Shown here: positions 13,270 through 26,605 of the stretch, in pieces
How positions within the stretch are numbered: position 1 is the first letter of the stretch
How the letters are laid out: each line of letters starts with the position of its first letter
Position numbers and translations under genes: made by a program
The notes under the pieces: model-generated
What the model was told of the DNA's origin: nothing
Seen by the model: the letters and a program-made list of their open reading frames with translations, nothing else
Databases searched by the model: none
Source of the DNA: Felis catus
Taxonomy: Eukaryota
Direction: 5' to 3'
NCBI RefSeq assembly: GCF_018350175.1
Contig: NC_058368.1
Location: 83,764,001-83,828,000, forward strand
DNA length: 64,000 bases

Positions 13270-13354
13270 TGACACCACTTTAATATAGCAGTGCTCGCAG
13301 GTGCAGAGCAAATAAAAAGGGTTTCAAACTCATAAAGGAGAAAAGAATAGCCAA

Positions 13355-14470
13355 ATGATTAAACGGAAGAATTACCTTCAAAAGAAACTCCAGGAAGAAG
13401 TGACAGCTAAAGAATTGATCAAAACAGGGGCACCTGGGTGGCACAGTTGGTTAAGCGTCCGACTTCAGCCAGGTCACGATCTCGCGGTTCGTGAGTTCGA
13501 GCCCCGTGTCGGGCTCTGGGCTGATGGCTCAGAGCCTGGAGCCTGTTTCCAATTCTGTGTCTCCCTCTCTCTCTGCCCCTTCCCCGTTCATGCTCTGTCT
13601 CTCTTTGTCCCAAAAATAAATAAACGTTGAAAAAAAATTTTTTTTAAAGATTTGATCAAAACAGATATAAGAAATATAACTGAACAAGAATTTAGAACAA
13701 TAGTCATAAGATTAATTGCTGGACTTGAAAAAGGCATAGAAGACCATGGAGAATCCATTACTGCAGAGATCAAGGAACTAAAAAACAGTCATGATGAATT
13801 AAACAATGCAATAAATTAGGTGGAAAAAAATGGCGGCAGCCACACTGCGGATTGAAGAGGCAGAGGGCAGAATAGGTGAATTAGAAGATTAAATTATGGG
13901 AAAAGAGGAATCTGAGAAAAAGAGAGATAAAAAAATCCAATATCAAGAGTGGAGAATTAGAGAATTAAGTTATTCAATCAAATGGAACAAGATCCATATC
14001 ATAGAAATTCCAGAAACAGAAGAGAGAAAGGGGCTGATGGTGCACTTGAACAAATCATAGCTGAGAACTTCCCTGATCTGGGGAAGGAAACAGGCATTGA
14101 AATCCAAGAGGCACAGAGAACTCCCTTCAGACATAACTTGAATCAATCTTCTGCAGGACATATCACAGTGAAACTGGCAAAATACAAGGATAAAGAGAGA
14201 ATTCAGAAAGCAGCTAGGGATAAATGGGCATTAACATACAGAGGTAGACGCATAAGGGTAGTAGCAGACCTATCTACTGAGACTTGGCAGGAATGGCAGG
14301 AAATCTTCAATGTGATGAACAGGAAAAATATGAAGTAAAGAATCCTTTATCCATCAAGCCTGTCATTCAGAATAGAAGGACAGATAATTTTTTTTCCAAA
14401 CAAGCAAAAACTGAAGGAATTCATCACCACTAAACCAGTCCTACAAGAGATCCTAAGGGGGACTCTGTGA
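13355..14470 (+). pseudogene. L1-B ORF1 (disrupted by a SINE, stops and frameshifts)
   Basis: MIKRKNYLQKK..., EQIIAENFPDLGKETGIEIQEAQRTP, RIRVVADLSTETWQ. Confidence 0.9.
13427..13645 (+). mobile_element. Young felid SINE (SINEC_Fc-like) in L1-B ORF1
   Basis: CpG-rich; B-box gagttcgagccc; 18-bp TSD aaaga(a/t)ttgatcaaaaca. Confidence 0.97.
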
Positions 14471-14534
14471 GTGAAATGTTGCAAGGACCACAAAGTACCA
14501 GAAATATCATTGCAAGCCTGAAACCTACAGATAA

Positions 14535-17500
14535 CACACTTACTCTAAACCCACCTCTTTTATTAATGACACTGAATGTAAATGGACTAAATGTTCCAAT
14601 CAAAAGACATAGAGTATCAGAATGGAGAAAAGAAAAAAAAAATAAGACCCATCTACTTGCTGTCTACAAGAGACTCATCTCAGACCTGAGGACAATTTTA
14701 GATTAAAGTCAGGGGATAACTATCTATCATGCTACTGGAAGTCATAAGAAAGCTAAAGTAGCCATACTTATATCAGACAAACTAGACTTAAAGACTGTAA
14801 CAAGAGATTAAGAAGGGCATTATATAATAATTACATGGTCTATCCATCAGGAAGGGCTAACAATTACAAATGTCTATGCACCAAATTTGGGAAAACCCAA
14901 TATTAACATTTTTTTAATGTTTATTTATTTTTGAGACAGGGAAAGACAAATCATGAATGGGGGGGGGGTGGTCAGAGACATAGGGAGACACAGAATCTGA
15001 AATAGGCTCCAGGACCTGAGCTGTCAGCACAGAGCCCAATGCAGGGCTCCAACTCACAAATGGTGAGATCATGACCTGAGCTGAAGTCAGATGCTTAACC
15101 GACTGAGCCACCCAGGCACACCAGGAGAACCCAATATTTAAAACAATTAATCACAAGCATAAGAAACCTTATAGATAAAAATGTGTTAATTGCAGGGGTC
15201 TTTCATACCCCACTGATGACAATGGACATATCATCTAGACACAGAATCAGTAAAGAAACAATGGCTCTGAAAGATACATTGGACCAGATGGAGTTGACAG
15301 ATATATTAAGAACTCTACATCCCAAAGGAGCAGAATATACTTTCTTCTCATGTGCACATGGAACATTCTCCAAGATAGATCACATACTGGGTCACAAAAC
15401 AGCCCTCAATAAAGACAAAAGTATTGAGATCACACCATGCACACTTTCAGACCACAATGCTATGAAACTTGAAATCAACCACAGGAAAAAGTCTGGAAAA
15501 CATCCAAAAGCATGGAAGATAAAGCACATCCTCCTAAAGAACGAATGGGTCAACCAGGCAAAAAGAGAAGAAATTAAAAGAAATGTGGAAATTAATGAAA
15601 ATGAAAATACAAAAACCCAAACATTTTGGGATGCAGCGAAGGCAGTCCTAAGAGGAAAACATATTGCAATCCAGGCATATTCCAAGAAACAAGAAAAATC
15701 CCAAATGCAAAATCTAACAGCACACCTAAAGGAACTAAAAGCAGAACAGCAAAGTCACCCCAAACCCAGCAGAAGAAGAGAAATAATAAATATCAGAGCA
15801 GAAATAAACAATATAGAATAAAACAAACAAACAAACAAACAAAAAACAGTAGAACAGATCAATGAAACCAAGAGTTGTGGGTTTTTTTTTTTTTGAAAAA
15901 ATAAACAAAATTGATAAACCTCTGGCCAGGCTTCTCATAAAGAAAAGAGAGAGGACCCAAATAGATAAAATCATGAAAGAAAATGGATTTATTACAACCA
16001 ATTCCTCAGAAATACAAGCACTTATCAGGGAATACTATTAAAAATTATATGCCAACCAACTGGACAACCTAGAAGAAATGGGCAAATTCCTAAACACCCA
16101 CACACTTCCAAAACTCACACGGGAAAAAAGAGAAAATTTGAACAGACCCATTGCTAGTAAGAAATTATATAATTCAACAAAAATCTCCCAAGAAATAAGA
16201 GTCCTGGACCAGATGGCTTCCCTAGGGCATTCTATCAGACACTTAAAGCAGAATTAATACCTACACTTCTCAAGCTGTTCCAGAAAATAGAAAGGGAAGG
16301 GAAACTTCCAGACTCATTCTATGAAGCCAGCATTACTTTGATTCCCAAACCAGACAGAGATCCAGTAAAAAAAAGAGAACCTCAGGCCAATATCCCTGAT
16401 GAATCCGTATGCCAAAATTCTCAAAAAGATACTAGCAAATCTAATTCAACAACATATAAAAAGCAGTATTCACCGTGATCAAGTGCAACACATTCCTGTA
16501 TTGCAGGGATGGTTCAATATTCACAAATCAATCAAAGTGATACATCACATTAATAAAAGTAAAGGTAGGAACCATATGGTCCTGTCACTAGATTCAGAAA
16601 AAGCATTTGACAAAATGCAGCATCGTTTCTTGATGAAAACCCTTAAGAAAGTCGGGATAGAAGGAACATAACTAAACATCATAGAAGCCATTTATGAAAA
16701 GCTCACAGCTCATATCATCCTCAATGGGGAAAAACTGAGAGTTTCCTCCTGAGATCAGGAACACGACAGGGATGTCCACTCCCACCACCGTTGTTTAACA
16801 AAGTATTGAAATTCCTAGCATCAGCAATCAGACAACAAAATAAAATAAAAGGTATCAAAATTGGGAAAGATGAAGTCAAACTTTCACTTTTCACAGACAA
16901 CATGATACTCTACATGGAAAACCCAAAAGACTCCACCAAAAATCTGCTAGAATTGATACATGAATTCAGCAAAGTTGCAAGGTACCAAATTCATGTACAG
17001 AAATCGATCGCACTTTTATACACGAATAATGAATCAACAGAAAGAGAAATAAAGAAACTGATCCCATTGACAATTGCACCAAGAATCATAAATATGTAGG
17101 AATAAACCTAACCAAAGATGTAAAAGATCTGTATGCTGAAAACAATAGAAAGCTTATGAAGGAAATTGAAGAAGATACAAAGAAATTCCATGCTCATGGA
17201 TTGGAAGAATAAATATTGATAAATTTTCAATACTGCCCAAAGTAATCTACATATTCAATGCAACCCCAATCAAAATTGCACCAGCATTCTTCTCAACACT
17301 AGAACATACAATCTTAAAAATTTTTATAGAACCACAAATACCCTGAATGGCCAAAGTAATGTTGAAGAAGAAAACCAAAATGGAAGGCATCACAATCCCA
17401 GACTTTAGCCTCTATTACAAAGCTATAATCATCAAGACAATATGGTATTGGCACAAAAACAGACACATAGACCAATGGAATAGAATACAGACTCCAGAAC

Positions 17501-18590
17501 TGGACCCACAAATGTATGGCCAACTAATCTTTGACAAAGCAGGCAAAAGTGTCCAATGGAAAAAAGAAAGTCTCTAACAAATGGTGCTGGGAGAACTGGA
17601 CAGCAACATGCGGAACAATGAAACTAAACCATTTGTTTACACCATTCACAAAAATAAACTCAAAATGGATGAAGGACCTGAATGTGAGACAGGAAAGCAT
17701 CAAAACCTCTTTGTCCTTGGTAGCAGCAATTTCTTACTTGACACATCTCCAAAGGTAAGGGAATTAAAGGCAAAAGTTAACTATTAAGACCTCATCAAGA
17801 TCAAAAGTTTCTGCACTGCAAAGGAGACAATCAACAAAACTAGAAGGCAACCAATGGAATGGGAAAAGATATTTTCAAATGATATATCAGTTAAAGGGCT
17901 CATATCTAAAATCTATAAAGAACTCACCAAACTCCACACCCGAAAACCAAATAATCCAGTGAAAAAATGGTCAGAAGACATGAATAGACACTTTTCCAAA
18001 GAAGACATCCATATGCCTAACAGACACATGAAAAGATGTGCAATGTCACCCCTCCTCAGGGAAATACCAATCAAAACTACATTAAGATACCACTTCACGA
18101 AGGTCAGAGTGTCTAAAATGAACAAATAAGGAGACTATAGATGCTGGAGAGGATGTGGAGAAATGGGAACCCTCTTGCACTGCTGGTGGGCATGTAAACT
18201 GGTACAGCCACTCTGGAAAACAGTGTGGAGGTTCCTCAAAAATTAAAAATAGACCTACCCCATGACTCAGCAATAACACTGCTAGGAATTTACCTGAAGG
18301 ATACAGGAGTGCTGATGCATAGGGGAACATGTACCTCAATGTTTATACCAATGCTTTCAATAATATCCAAATTATGGAAAAAGCTTAAATGTCCATCAAC
18401 TGAAGAATGGATAAAGAAGATGTGGTTCATATATACAATAGAATGCTACTAGGCAATGAGAAAGAATGAAATCTGGCTATTTGCAGCAACATGGATGGAA
18501 CTGGAGGGTATTATGCTAAGTGAAATAAGCCAGGCAAAGAAAGACAAATACCATATGTTTTCACTCATATGTGGATCTTGAGAAACTTAA
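14535..18590 (+). pseudogene. L1-B ORF2 (EN, RT, C-terminal domain), fragmented
   Basis: [53 protein letters not shown] (degenerate FADD motif), [15 protein letters not shown]. Confidence 0.93.
14905..15122 (-). mobile_element. Can-SINE in the L1-B EN domain
   Basis: TSD gga(a/g)aacccaatatt at 14890-14904 and 15124-15138. Confidence 0.93.
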
Positions 18591-19558
18591 CAGAGGACCA
18601 TTGGGAGAAGGTAAGGGGGGAAGAAAATTACAAAGAGGGAGGGAGGCAAACCATAAGGAACGCTTAAGGACTGAGAACAAACTAAGGGTAGATGGAAGGT
18701 GGGGGAGAGGTGAAGTGGGTCATGGGCAGGGAGGAGGGCACTTGGGATGAGCATCGGGTGTTGTATGGAAACCAATTTGGCAATAAATTATATTAAAAAT
18801 AAAAAAAACTCTAAAAAAATTCTTTAAGAAACATTACTAAAAGAAAAATAATTAAATCAACAAGAAAACAATGGCTTTCAATGACACACTGGTTCAGTTG
18901 GACTAACAGATATATTCAGAGCATTCTAACCTAAAACAACAAAATTCACATTCTTTTCAAGTGCATATGGGATAGTCCCCAGAATAGATCACACATTAGA
19001 TCACAAATCAGTCCTGGAGAAAAACAAATGATTGAGATCATACAATGTGCATCTTCTCTGAGCACAATAGTATGAAAATTGAAGTCAACCACAAGAACAA
19101 ATTTGGAAATATCACAAATACATATATTTATATACACATAAACACAGTGGAATATTACCTGGTCATAAAATAATGAAATCTTGCCATTTGTAGCCATGTG
19201 GGTTTAGCAGAGAGCATTATGGTAAGTGAAAAAGTCAGTCTAAAGAAGACAATTTGACTCATATGTGGAATTTAAAAAAACAAAACAAACATAAAAAGGG
19301 TAAGAGAAAGATAGAGAGAGAGACAAACCAAGAAACAGATTCTTCACTATAGAGAACAAACTGAGGGTTACCAGAGGGAAGGTGTGTGTGATGATGAGTT
19401 AAATAGGTGGTGGGGATTAAAGAGTGCACTTGGTATTGTGAGCACCAGGTGTTATATGGAAATGTTGAATCACTCTATTGTACAACTAAAAGTAATACTA
19501 TATTCTGTGTTAACTAACTGGAATTTAAATTAACATTTAAAGAAAGATTAACTAACCA

Positions 19559-21330
19559 TATCATCAAGTGACCATGGGTCAGAGTTGCCCATCATAAACC
19601 GAGTTTCCTCATATTCATCAAATAACAATATTGGGTGTGCCCAAGAACAATTTGTTATAAAATGAAATTGATGAGTATAAGATTATGAGAAGCATCTGAA
19701 GCACTATAATATACACAAGAAGTTCCTCCATGTGGCTCTAATGTATTCATGTCTCTCTTTCTGTTCATACTTATGGCAAAAAAAAAAAAAAGATTCATCA
19801 CAATTAGTAGAGAGAGAAGGAAAAATATTCAAACTTGAATGATAGTTGAGGTAGGTTTGTATGTTATGGCTTTGAAACACAATGGTGATGGAGAAATAGG
19901 TCCAATATTTACTCTATTTCATGATACACTTGATCATTCACTTTGTATGTAAAAGAAATGCTTCAAAGATAGAATAACTTCAGTAGTCTTGTGCAGTGCC
20001 AAATGATGTGGCAGATTGCCCAGAAGTATGGATGTTATGCAAATGAAAGGTTGGAGACAGAGAGTGCTTGTGGTATGTGAATGGACACACGGGAGTGGCC
20101 ACGAAATGAGAATATCTTGGTATTTCATGAAAACGCTCGTAAGGGGAACATCCAATGTAAGTAAATTACTAAACAAAGTAGTAGGGGAAAAAATTCTTCT
20201 AGTTGAAATCCATTAGCTTTTAGTATTCCTGGTAAATGGACATAACCATGTGGTAGTAGCCATGTTTGCAAGGTTTGAATTTTATTAATAGGTCCCATAT
20301 CATAGGCTCCTACACACTAATGTTGGTTGAGATACAATCACTGCCAAATTTCCAATTAGTCAGTGACAAAGACTAATGCTGAGCCCTGATGAGACACCAA
20401 CCTAGGAAGACAATCATTGGTCAAATGATACCAGCATAAATATTTTAGATCACTTGTTCACGGTATAGGTTCATTTTTATTGAAGTGAGCAAATACTCCA
20501 TAAATGGAGTTTATTTACCTGCCCCAGGGCATTAACCACAGCAATTGAGGGCTTGCAGTATGTTTCGTACACTGAGATTGGATACTATGTAATATCTCAT
20601 AAGACCAAACAACTCGAATTAATGCACAGGAGGTGTGGCATTGGGCACATGAACATGGGATTCACTGTTGTATCACACACTGTGCTACCCAAAACCTTCC
20701 TAATTTGAAGATGCGTTGAAACAGCTTGTTGAAGGCACCATTGAGGTGATACCTTAGATTTTTAGAGATGACACCCTAGGTGGGTAAGGCGTCTTTTCCT
20801 AGAATTTATTATTCTAAATCAATGATCAGTATAGGAGTCTGTATATCTATTTGGTAGAATACATAGATTTAGTTATCAAGACACGGAAGTAGATGTGACA
20901 ACATTTACCACTGTAACTAGTAACTAACTGGGAAAATTTACACCTCCCTCAAATCTTCATCTTAGCTGGATGAGAGTTTCTGTTTCCCAAAGGGTCCAAA
21001 ATGCCACCATGGTGAACTACAAAATTTCCATTGTATTATAAGACATTACTGTTCCCTAATAACTTTGAATTTATCATGCTAAGTAACAAGCAGTCAAAGG
21101 AGAAGTCACTGTCCTGGTTGGGGTAACTGACCTTGTAATTAGGAAATGTTATGTTTACTGTTAAACAGAAAAAAAATAGGGAAGAATATACTTAGTTACC
21201 CAGGTGATACATTTGGGTATCTCTTGGTACATTCTTGTCCAGTTACCAACCGTAAGTGGACAAGTGTATTAGGCAAAGTAGTAAAATTCTAAGTTATACT
21301 ACCAGGTAAACGATTTGTCCATTGTTTATA
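19559..21330 (+). mobile_element. ERV-L internal fossil, 3' part (RNase H, integrase, dUTPase)
   Basis: Resumes with HQVTM..ELPII (19563), colinear with the 5' part; dUTPase-like region 20975-21140 (FLFPKG..MPP, GVTVLVGVTD-like). Confidence 0.8.
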
Positions 21331-21479
21331 GAGTAAACCTCAGGTTGTCCAATTAAACTTCTTTTTAAAGTTCTAGAGAAATAAGCCCAGTTATACCCTG
21401 TAACTTGTCTTAGAAGAGCTATTAATCTATTGTGTTTATTAGTTTTATGCTAATACTATTCCAGAATACTATTCTATTA

Positions 21480-21925
21480 ATAAAGAGAGTTTCTCTCAGT
21501 AATTATATAACATTAGATCCAAGGGACACAATACAAGTGACGTGTAATGAATATATTATTGGAAAAATGATGGATTGGTTCTCCAAGTTCTTGGGAACGC
21601 TGCCAGAATATAGCCATAAGCTATCAGCCTTCTCTAGGGAACTGACCTCTGATGTGAAGAGCTGCTTCATCCAAGATAACTTTCACATCCTGAGTACAGC
21701 ATGCATTATGTTGCCAATGTGGGAACTTAAAAGATGAGTCATTGCCCCAACAAGGAAAATTTTTAGAGTATCCTGTGCATTCACTGAAGAACTTTGTAGA
21801 GCTTACATAGGAGTTTAACTTCTTCTCTACCCACCCCACAGTTATTAATCTCAAATAAATTCCTGGTAAGTTTTGTAGATTCTAATCTTTGAATATGTTT
21901 AATGGAGAACTAATTTGCACCATAG
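21480..21925 (+). mobile_element. Possible ERV-L 3' LTR remnant
   Basis: Lies downstream of the internal region, with aataaa at 21853; no matching 5' LTR recognised. Confidence 0.3.
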
Positions 21926-22098
21926 TGATCCCAGTCCACAGTGGCCGCTTTCACTACTGTGACTGTTGTTTGAATGCTAGGGCATAGGAATATTTATATA
22001 AATGATATACTAAGATTTTTTATTTATATAAGTCCTAGCTCATATTCATAAGACAGTTTTTATATATTTGATGGTGGATTAAGATAAGAGAGAGAATT

Positions 22099-22311
22099 GG
22101 GGTGTCTGGGTGGCTCAGTCGGTTAAGCATCTGACTTTGGCTCAGGTCATGATCTCACACTTCATGGGTTTGAGCCCTGCATCGGGCTCTGTGATGACAG
22201 CTTGGAGCCTGGACCTTGCTTTGGATTATGTATCTCCTGCCCCTCTCTCGTTCCCATTCTGTCTCTCTCTCTCTCAAAAATAAATAAGCATTAAAAAATT
22301 TTAAATGAAAA
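22099..22311 (+). mobile_element. Can-SINE
   Basis: ggggtgtctgggtggctcag head, CT tract, A tail; degenerate TSD aagat(a/g)aga. Confidence 0.93.
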
Positions 22312-22403
22312 AAGATGAGAAAGAATATCTGTAAGCAGTGAAAAATTATTGGAGCATCTTTTAAAATAACATTTTACATGTATAAACATTTTTTTTTAAA
22401 TGA

Positions 22404-22598
22404 GGGGGGCGTCTGGGTGGTTCAGTTGGTTAAACGTCTGACTTAGACTCAGGTCATGATCTCATGGCTTGAGAAGTTGAGCCCCGCATCGGGGCCTGTA
22501 GCCTGCTTTGGACTCTGTGTCTCCCTCTCTCTCTCTGCCCCTCCCCTGCTCATGCTCTGTCTCTCAAAGATAAATGAATATTAAAAAATAATTTTAAA
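22404..22598 (+). mobile_element. Can-SINE
   Basis: ggggcgtctgggtggttcag head; flanked by ataaacatttt repeats. Confidence 0.92.
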
Positions 22599-24073
22599 TA
22601 AACATTTTACGTCGATTGTAGGGAATAGCTACAGTTCCAAACAAGCACTTAACTGAAAATTTTTATCATTCTTTTTATTTCCTTGTTGTGGCAATAGACA
22701 AAATATTCATTAATATAAAATTCCAAGGAGCATAAAGTAATCAAATATCACTTATATTCATAATCTCCTCATGTATTAGCACATATTCAATAGTTTCTAC
22801 TCTGTTATTAAAGATAATTTTTGAGTAGTTAAGAATTTTGATAATTAAAGCAACTCCATGCTTAAATTATTTCCTGAATATTGGAAGTGGATAGGATTAG
22901 ACATCATTCATGAATGGATTTTGACCTTACATTCCAAAGAGAAATCCATAAATTTAAAATAGAGACATAGATGTGTTAATAGTAATTTTCTTAAAATGAC
23001 CATTGTAGAGTTGCTTTATGTCCACTGTATCAGTCATCTTATGTTTCAGTAACAAAATACCTCATATTGGAAGTTTACAAAAAGGAACTCACATCATACC
23101 ATGGCTTGGAGATGGTTTTGTTCTTTTTCAACTTTATTTTAGAATCCGGGTTAAAAGAAGCAGCTATTCTTTGGGACTTTGCCAAATTTCTTGCAAAGGG
23201 ATAGCATACTTACCTATAAAACACATAATAGTTCTTAACGTTTTTACTTGGAAATGCACATTTTATTTCTGTTCACATATATTGACTAAAAAGTCAAGGC
23301 CAAGCCTGACAATAATGGAGATAAGTGGGTTAATTCCTCCATAGTTTTGGGTTCATACGGATAAGAACATATCAAAATTTAATACCATATAAATATAATA
23401 CAAAGTCTTGGCAATGCACAGTAAGTTTATCTACCAGAATATTAAAAAAAAATAGTACCAATAAATTTGCCAGTAGCAAATGATTAGCTTTTTTATGGCT
23501 TTGTTCTTCAGGGCACAAGAGGAAAGATTAATTATTTGAGTGAGAATTAATTCCATTAAGGAGAGAGAAATTTCCCAGAGTGTTGGGTACAAATCTCTGG
23601 TGACTGTAAGTATGTAAAAGTCTCTTGTCCTCAAGACAGACCAGAAAATAAATCCAATTGCTAGGTATGAAAAGCAGATCCCAATGCCCCCAAGATAATG
23701 AAATAGGATAGAACCATTTTTTTTCTATCACATAAACAATGCAATCATGGAAATATTTTTCCATATTGGAAACACAGTAAAGTAGTCTGCCATAGCTGCC
23801 ATAATTATTTTGTGGGCAATTATGTCATCAAAGGAGAAATAAAGGCAGGTCCTTAACAGAAAAAGCCAAATTGGTCCCATGTTTAAAAGAATAGTATCTG
23901 GTTAAAGCAGATTTTACCAAGGAATAAATTAATCTTCTGAACCCACCCATAGTCTCCAATTAGATAAAATGTCTCATGCTTAACACAATATAGTATATTG
24001 TCAGAAATTGCACTCACTAACAACATGTCAATTTAGTGCCACTATAGACAGCAATATATTTTCATTGGTTTCT

Positions 24074-24281
24074 TTAAAAGAAAATTAATGCTTATTTATT
24101 TCTGAGAGATAAAGAAACAGTGTGAGTCAGGAAAAGGCAGAGAGGAAGACAGAATCTGAAGCAGGCTCCAGGCTCTGAGCTGTCAGCACAGAGCCCGATG
24201 TGCAGCTCGAACCCACGAACTGTGAGATCATGACCTGAGCCGAAGTCAGACACTTAACCAACTGAACCACCCAGGCGCCCC
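24074..24281 (-). mobile_element. Can-SINE
   Basis: TSD tat(t/c)tt(c/a)attggtttct. Confidence 0.93.
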
Positions 24282-24539
24282 TATCTTAATTGGTTTCTAT
24301 TAAATCAAATATATATTGTAAGCACTGCCACAGAAAATGTGTTCATTTATGAATTCAAGTGTGTACATTTATGAAAATTAATTGAGCTACTCACTATTTA
24401 TGCACTTTTCTGTGTATTTATGATTTGTGCACTTTAGCACAAAAATAGTTTTATCTAATTGTCCATCTGTACAGTCATTTTCTTTTTTAATTTAAATATT
24501 AACATTTAAATATTACAATTGTTCTTTCGTTTTAACCTG

Positions 24540-24900
24540 CACAGTCATCATAAAATATACAATAATATTTTATCTCTCTTCTTTTGTTTGAAACTTGGTC
24601 TTTTTACAGATGAATAACATTGTGTATTTCAGGCTACATTTACACGAGTTTTCTTTGGGATGTATATGGAAAGACTTGGTGAAAAAAAAAAGCATACATT
24701 TGTTATTGAACTAGTTTACATACTATCCAATGACATGAGAGTTCCAGTTTCAGGTCATGCAGAGATCCAACAACTTATCTTCAAAATGTTTTTACTTAAT
24801 ATCATTTGTGTCTCTATTTTTAAATTTGTATCTGGTTGGGATTTTTTTCTGTCCTTGTTTAATAAAATTTCAAATCTTTGACCATGTGAGTAATTAATTA
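24540..24900 (-). mobile_element. Very old L1 (L1ME-like) fragment
   Basis: actagtttacatactatccaatgacatgagagttccagtttc resembles an antisense ORF2 end. Confidence 0.45.
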
Positions 24901-24999
24901 CTATTTTCCTTTCAACTTTTGCATTTATCTTTTACCTTCTTTATATCTAAGATTTAAAGAGACCCTGTGTTCTAAGCCAGTTTAAATTCCATGGACCAC

Positions 25000-25845
25000 A
25001 TTTATGATGATGGCTTGCATTTAGTTTTATCTATCTGCCTCTCCCTATGCTCAGTGTAATCTCCTTGCAGCCCCATACCTATTTAAATCCAACAGCCTTT
25101 GTTCTGACCACACACTTCTTTATGTGACTGGAAAAAAATCAGAACTAGTATAAATGCCACCACTTTTAATTTGTAACTTTTACTGGACTTTCAAACCTCC
25201 GAGAATAGTTGTACCCATCTACAATCCTTCAGTGTTTTTCTTTCTAGAAAACTATTTTGTGTCATTTTCATTTTCCTGAACTTTTGAATGCCTTCTATTT
25301 CCACATCTCTCTCATCTGATACTGGTCTTCTATTTTAATAAAAATATTAAAATATTTACAAGAACACTTCCATATCTGCATTACTGGCACACACTTTTCT
25401 ACAAATTTTTATGTGTTAATCATGTTCTGTCCTGTCAGTGTGGAGACATTGTAAGTCCAATATTCATCATATAAAGAAAATTCCTAACCTCTCACCTATG
25501 CTAACCAAAATATTAATTCTCAGCTTTTTTTTTTCATATTACCAGAAACATTTGAGAAATTCATAACTCTCTGTTCTTTGATGTAGTTTATTACTTGGCT
25601 TAAATGATTTTTAATTTACTGTGTTGTTTTTCATCTTTATGGATGACTCCTTTTTCTTTCCTTGAAAAATTTTCCCCAATTTATTTAATATTGGAGTTCC
25701 CAGAGTTCAATGCGTACTATTTGGGAACTAAGTTTCAGAAATATCATATACTTTTTGTTTGTTTGTTTGTCTGTCATTGGTCTTTCTATGTCCACTCTCA
25801 AATGTAATTCTCTATAGTAGATATTCCTTTTAGATACAGCTGTAT

Positions 25846-25880
<35 letters not shown>

Positions 25881-26605
25881 TGCATTTGGGGGTTGTGATA
25901 AAATCTCAATATTTCAAAACTAAAATCCTTATCCTGTCCACCTACCAAATGTTCCCCACCTGGTTTACATGATTAGAGCTCCATATTCTCAGATACTAGA
26001 TGGTTACTCCTCATGTCTGTTGCCAACAATGGAACCAGTGCAAATGATTCAAATCTAGACAAAAAATTTGTCCTCTCCTCACAACTCTTCAGAGACTCTA
26101 ACTCAATCATCATCTTCACAGTGGTGTGTAAATTGAATCTAATCTGCTTATTTCTTTTTGGGCCTGACCTCCCACTGCTTTCTCTATCTTTGTATAAGTT
26201 TCATACTGACTGCCTTTCTTGTATTCAAACAGACCAATAATGTCACACCTTACGGCCATTTTCTGACTGTTATCTTTGCTCAGAGTACCTTCTTCACAGA
26301 TGTCTATTTGGTCAAAACCTTTCATTCTTTCTATTCTCTCATCAAACCTTACCTCACTCCTTTAAAAATACAATATTTAAAACTCCCAAACCACTGTCTC
26401 TCATTGTCTTTTATAATTTTGTATTATTCCGATATTATTTTTATTTTAACATAATATTTAGCTCAGTTTATGTTTCTCACCCTGCTAAAATGTTAGCTCA
26501 CCATTGTTAGACATCCTTTGTGTTTTGCTCACTGATGTATCCAAAGAACCTTTAATAATTCCAGGTAATTAGTCAATATATATCAGGTCAATTAAATTAA
26601 TTAAT
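25000..26605 (+). mobile_element. L2 3' portion
   Basis: L2-like 3' terminus (ttttgctcactgatgtatccaaagaacct...attaattaat); (TATT)n at 25843-25880. Confidence 0.6.

Larger units (their letters stand above)
10736..18845 (+). mobile_element. L1-B: near-full-length felid L1 (about 50 nt of 5' end missing), inactivated
   Basis: 5'UTR, ORF1 from 13355, ORF2 from about 14535, 3'UTR and A tail; TSD-like taaatcaacaa(c/g)aaaa at about 10717 and 18853; multiple stops and frameshifts. Confidence 0.95.
8691..19545 (+). mobile_element. L1-A: older carnivore L1 with two internal deletions, interrupted by L1-B (own sequence 8691-10735 and 18853-19545)
   Basis: 5' start gagggaagatggaggtgaagtagg, ORF1 N- and C-terminal remnants, endonuclease (EN) domain, 3'UTR and A tail; degenerate TSD aaagaatatctgacagta / aaagattaactaaccata (13/18). 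Confidence 0.85.

Noticed and set aside
13427..13500. tRNA gene
   Set aside because: This is the tRNA-derived head of a Can-SINE, followed by a CT tract, tail and TSD.
18810..18852. 3' transduction after L1-B (ttctttaagaaacattact)
   Set aside because: It is too short and A-rich to distinguish from a decayed poly(A) tail.
22620..24060. Host exon in apparently unique sequence
   Set aside because: No recognisable protein or convincing splice-flanked ORF; a small or non-coding exon cannot be excluded by eye.
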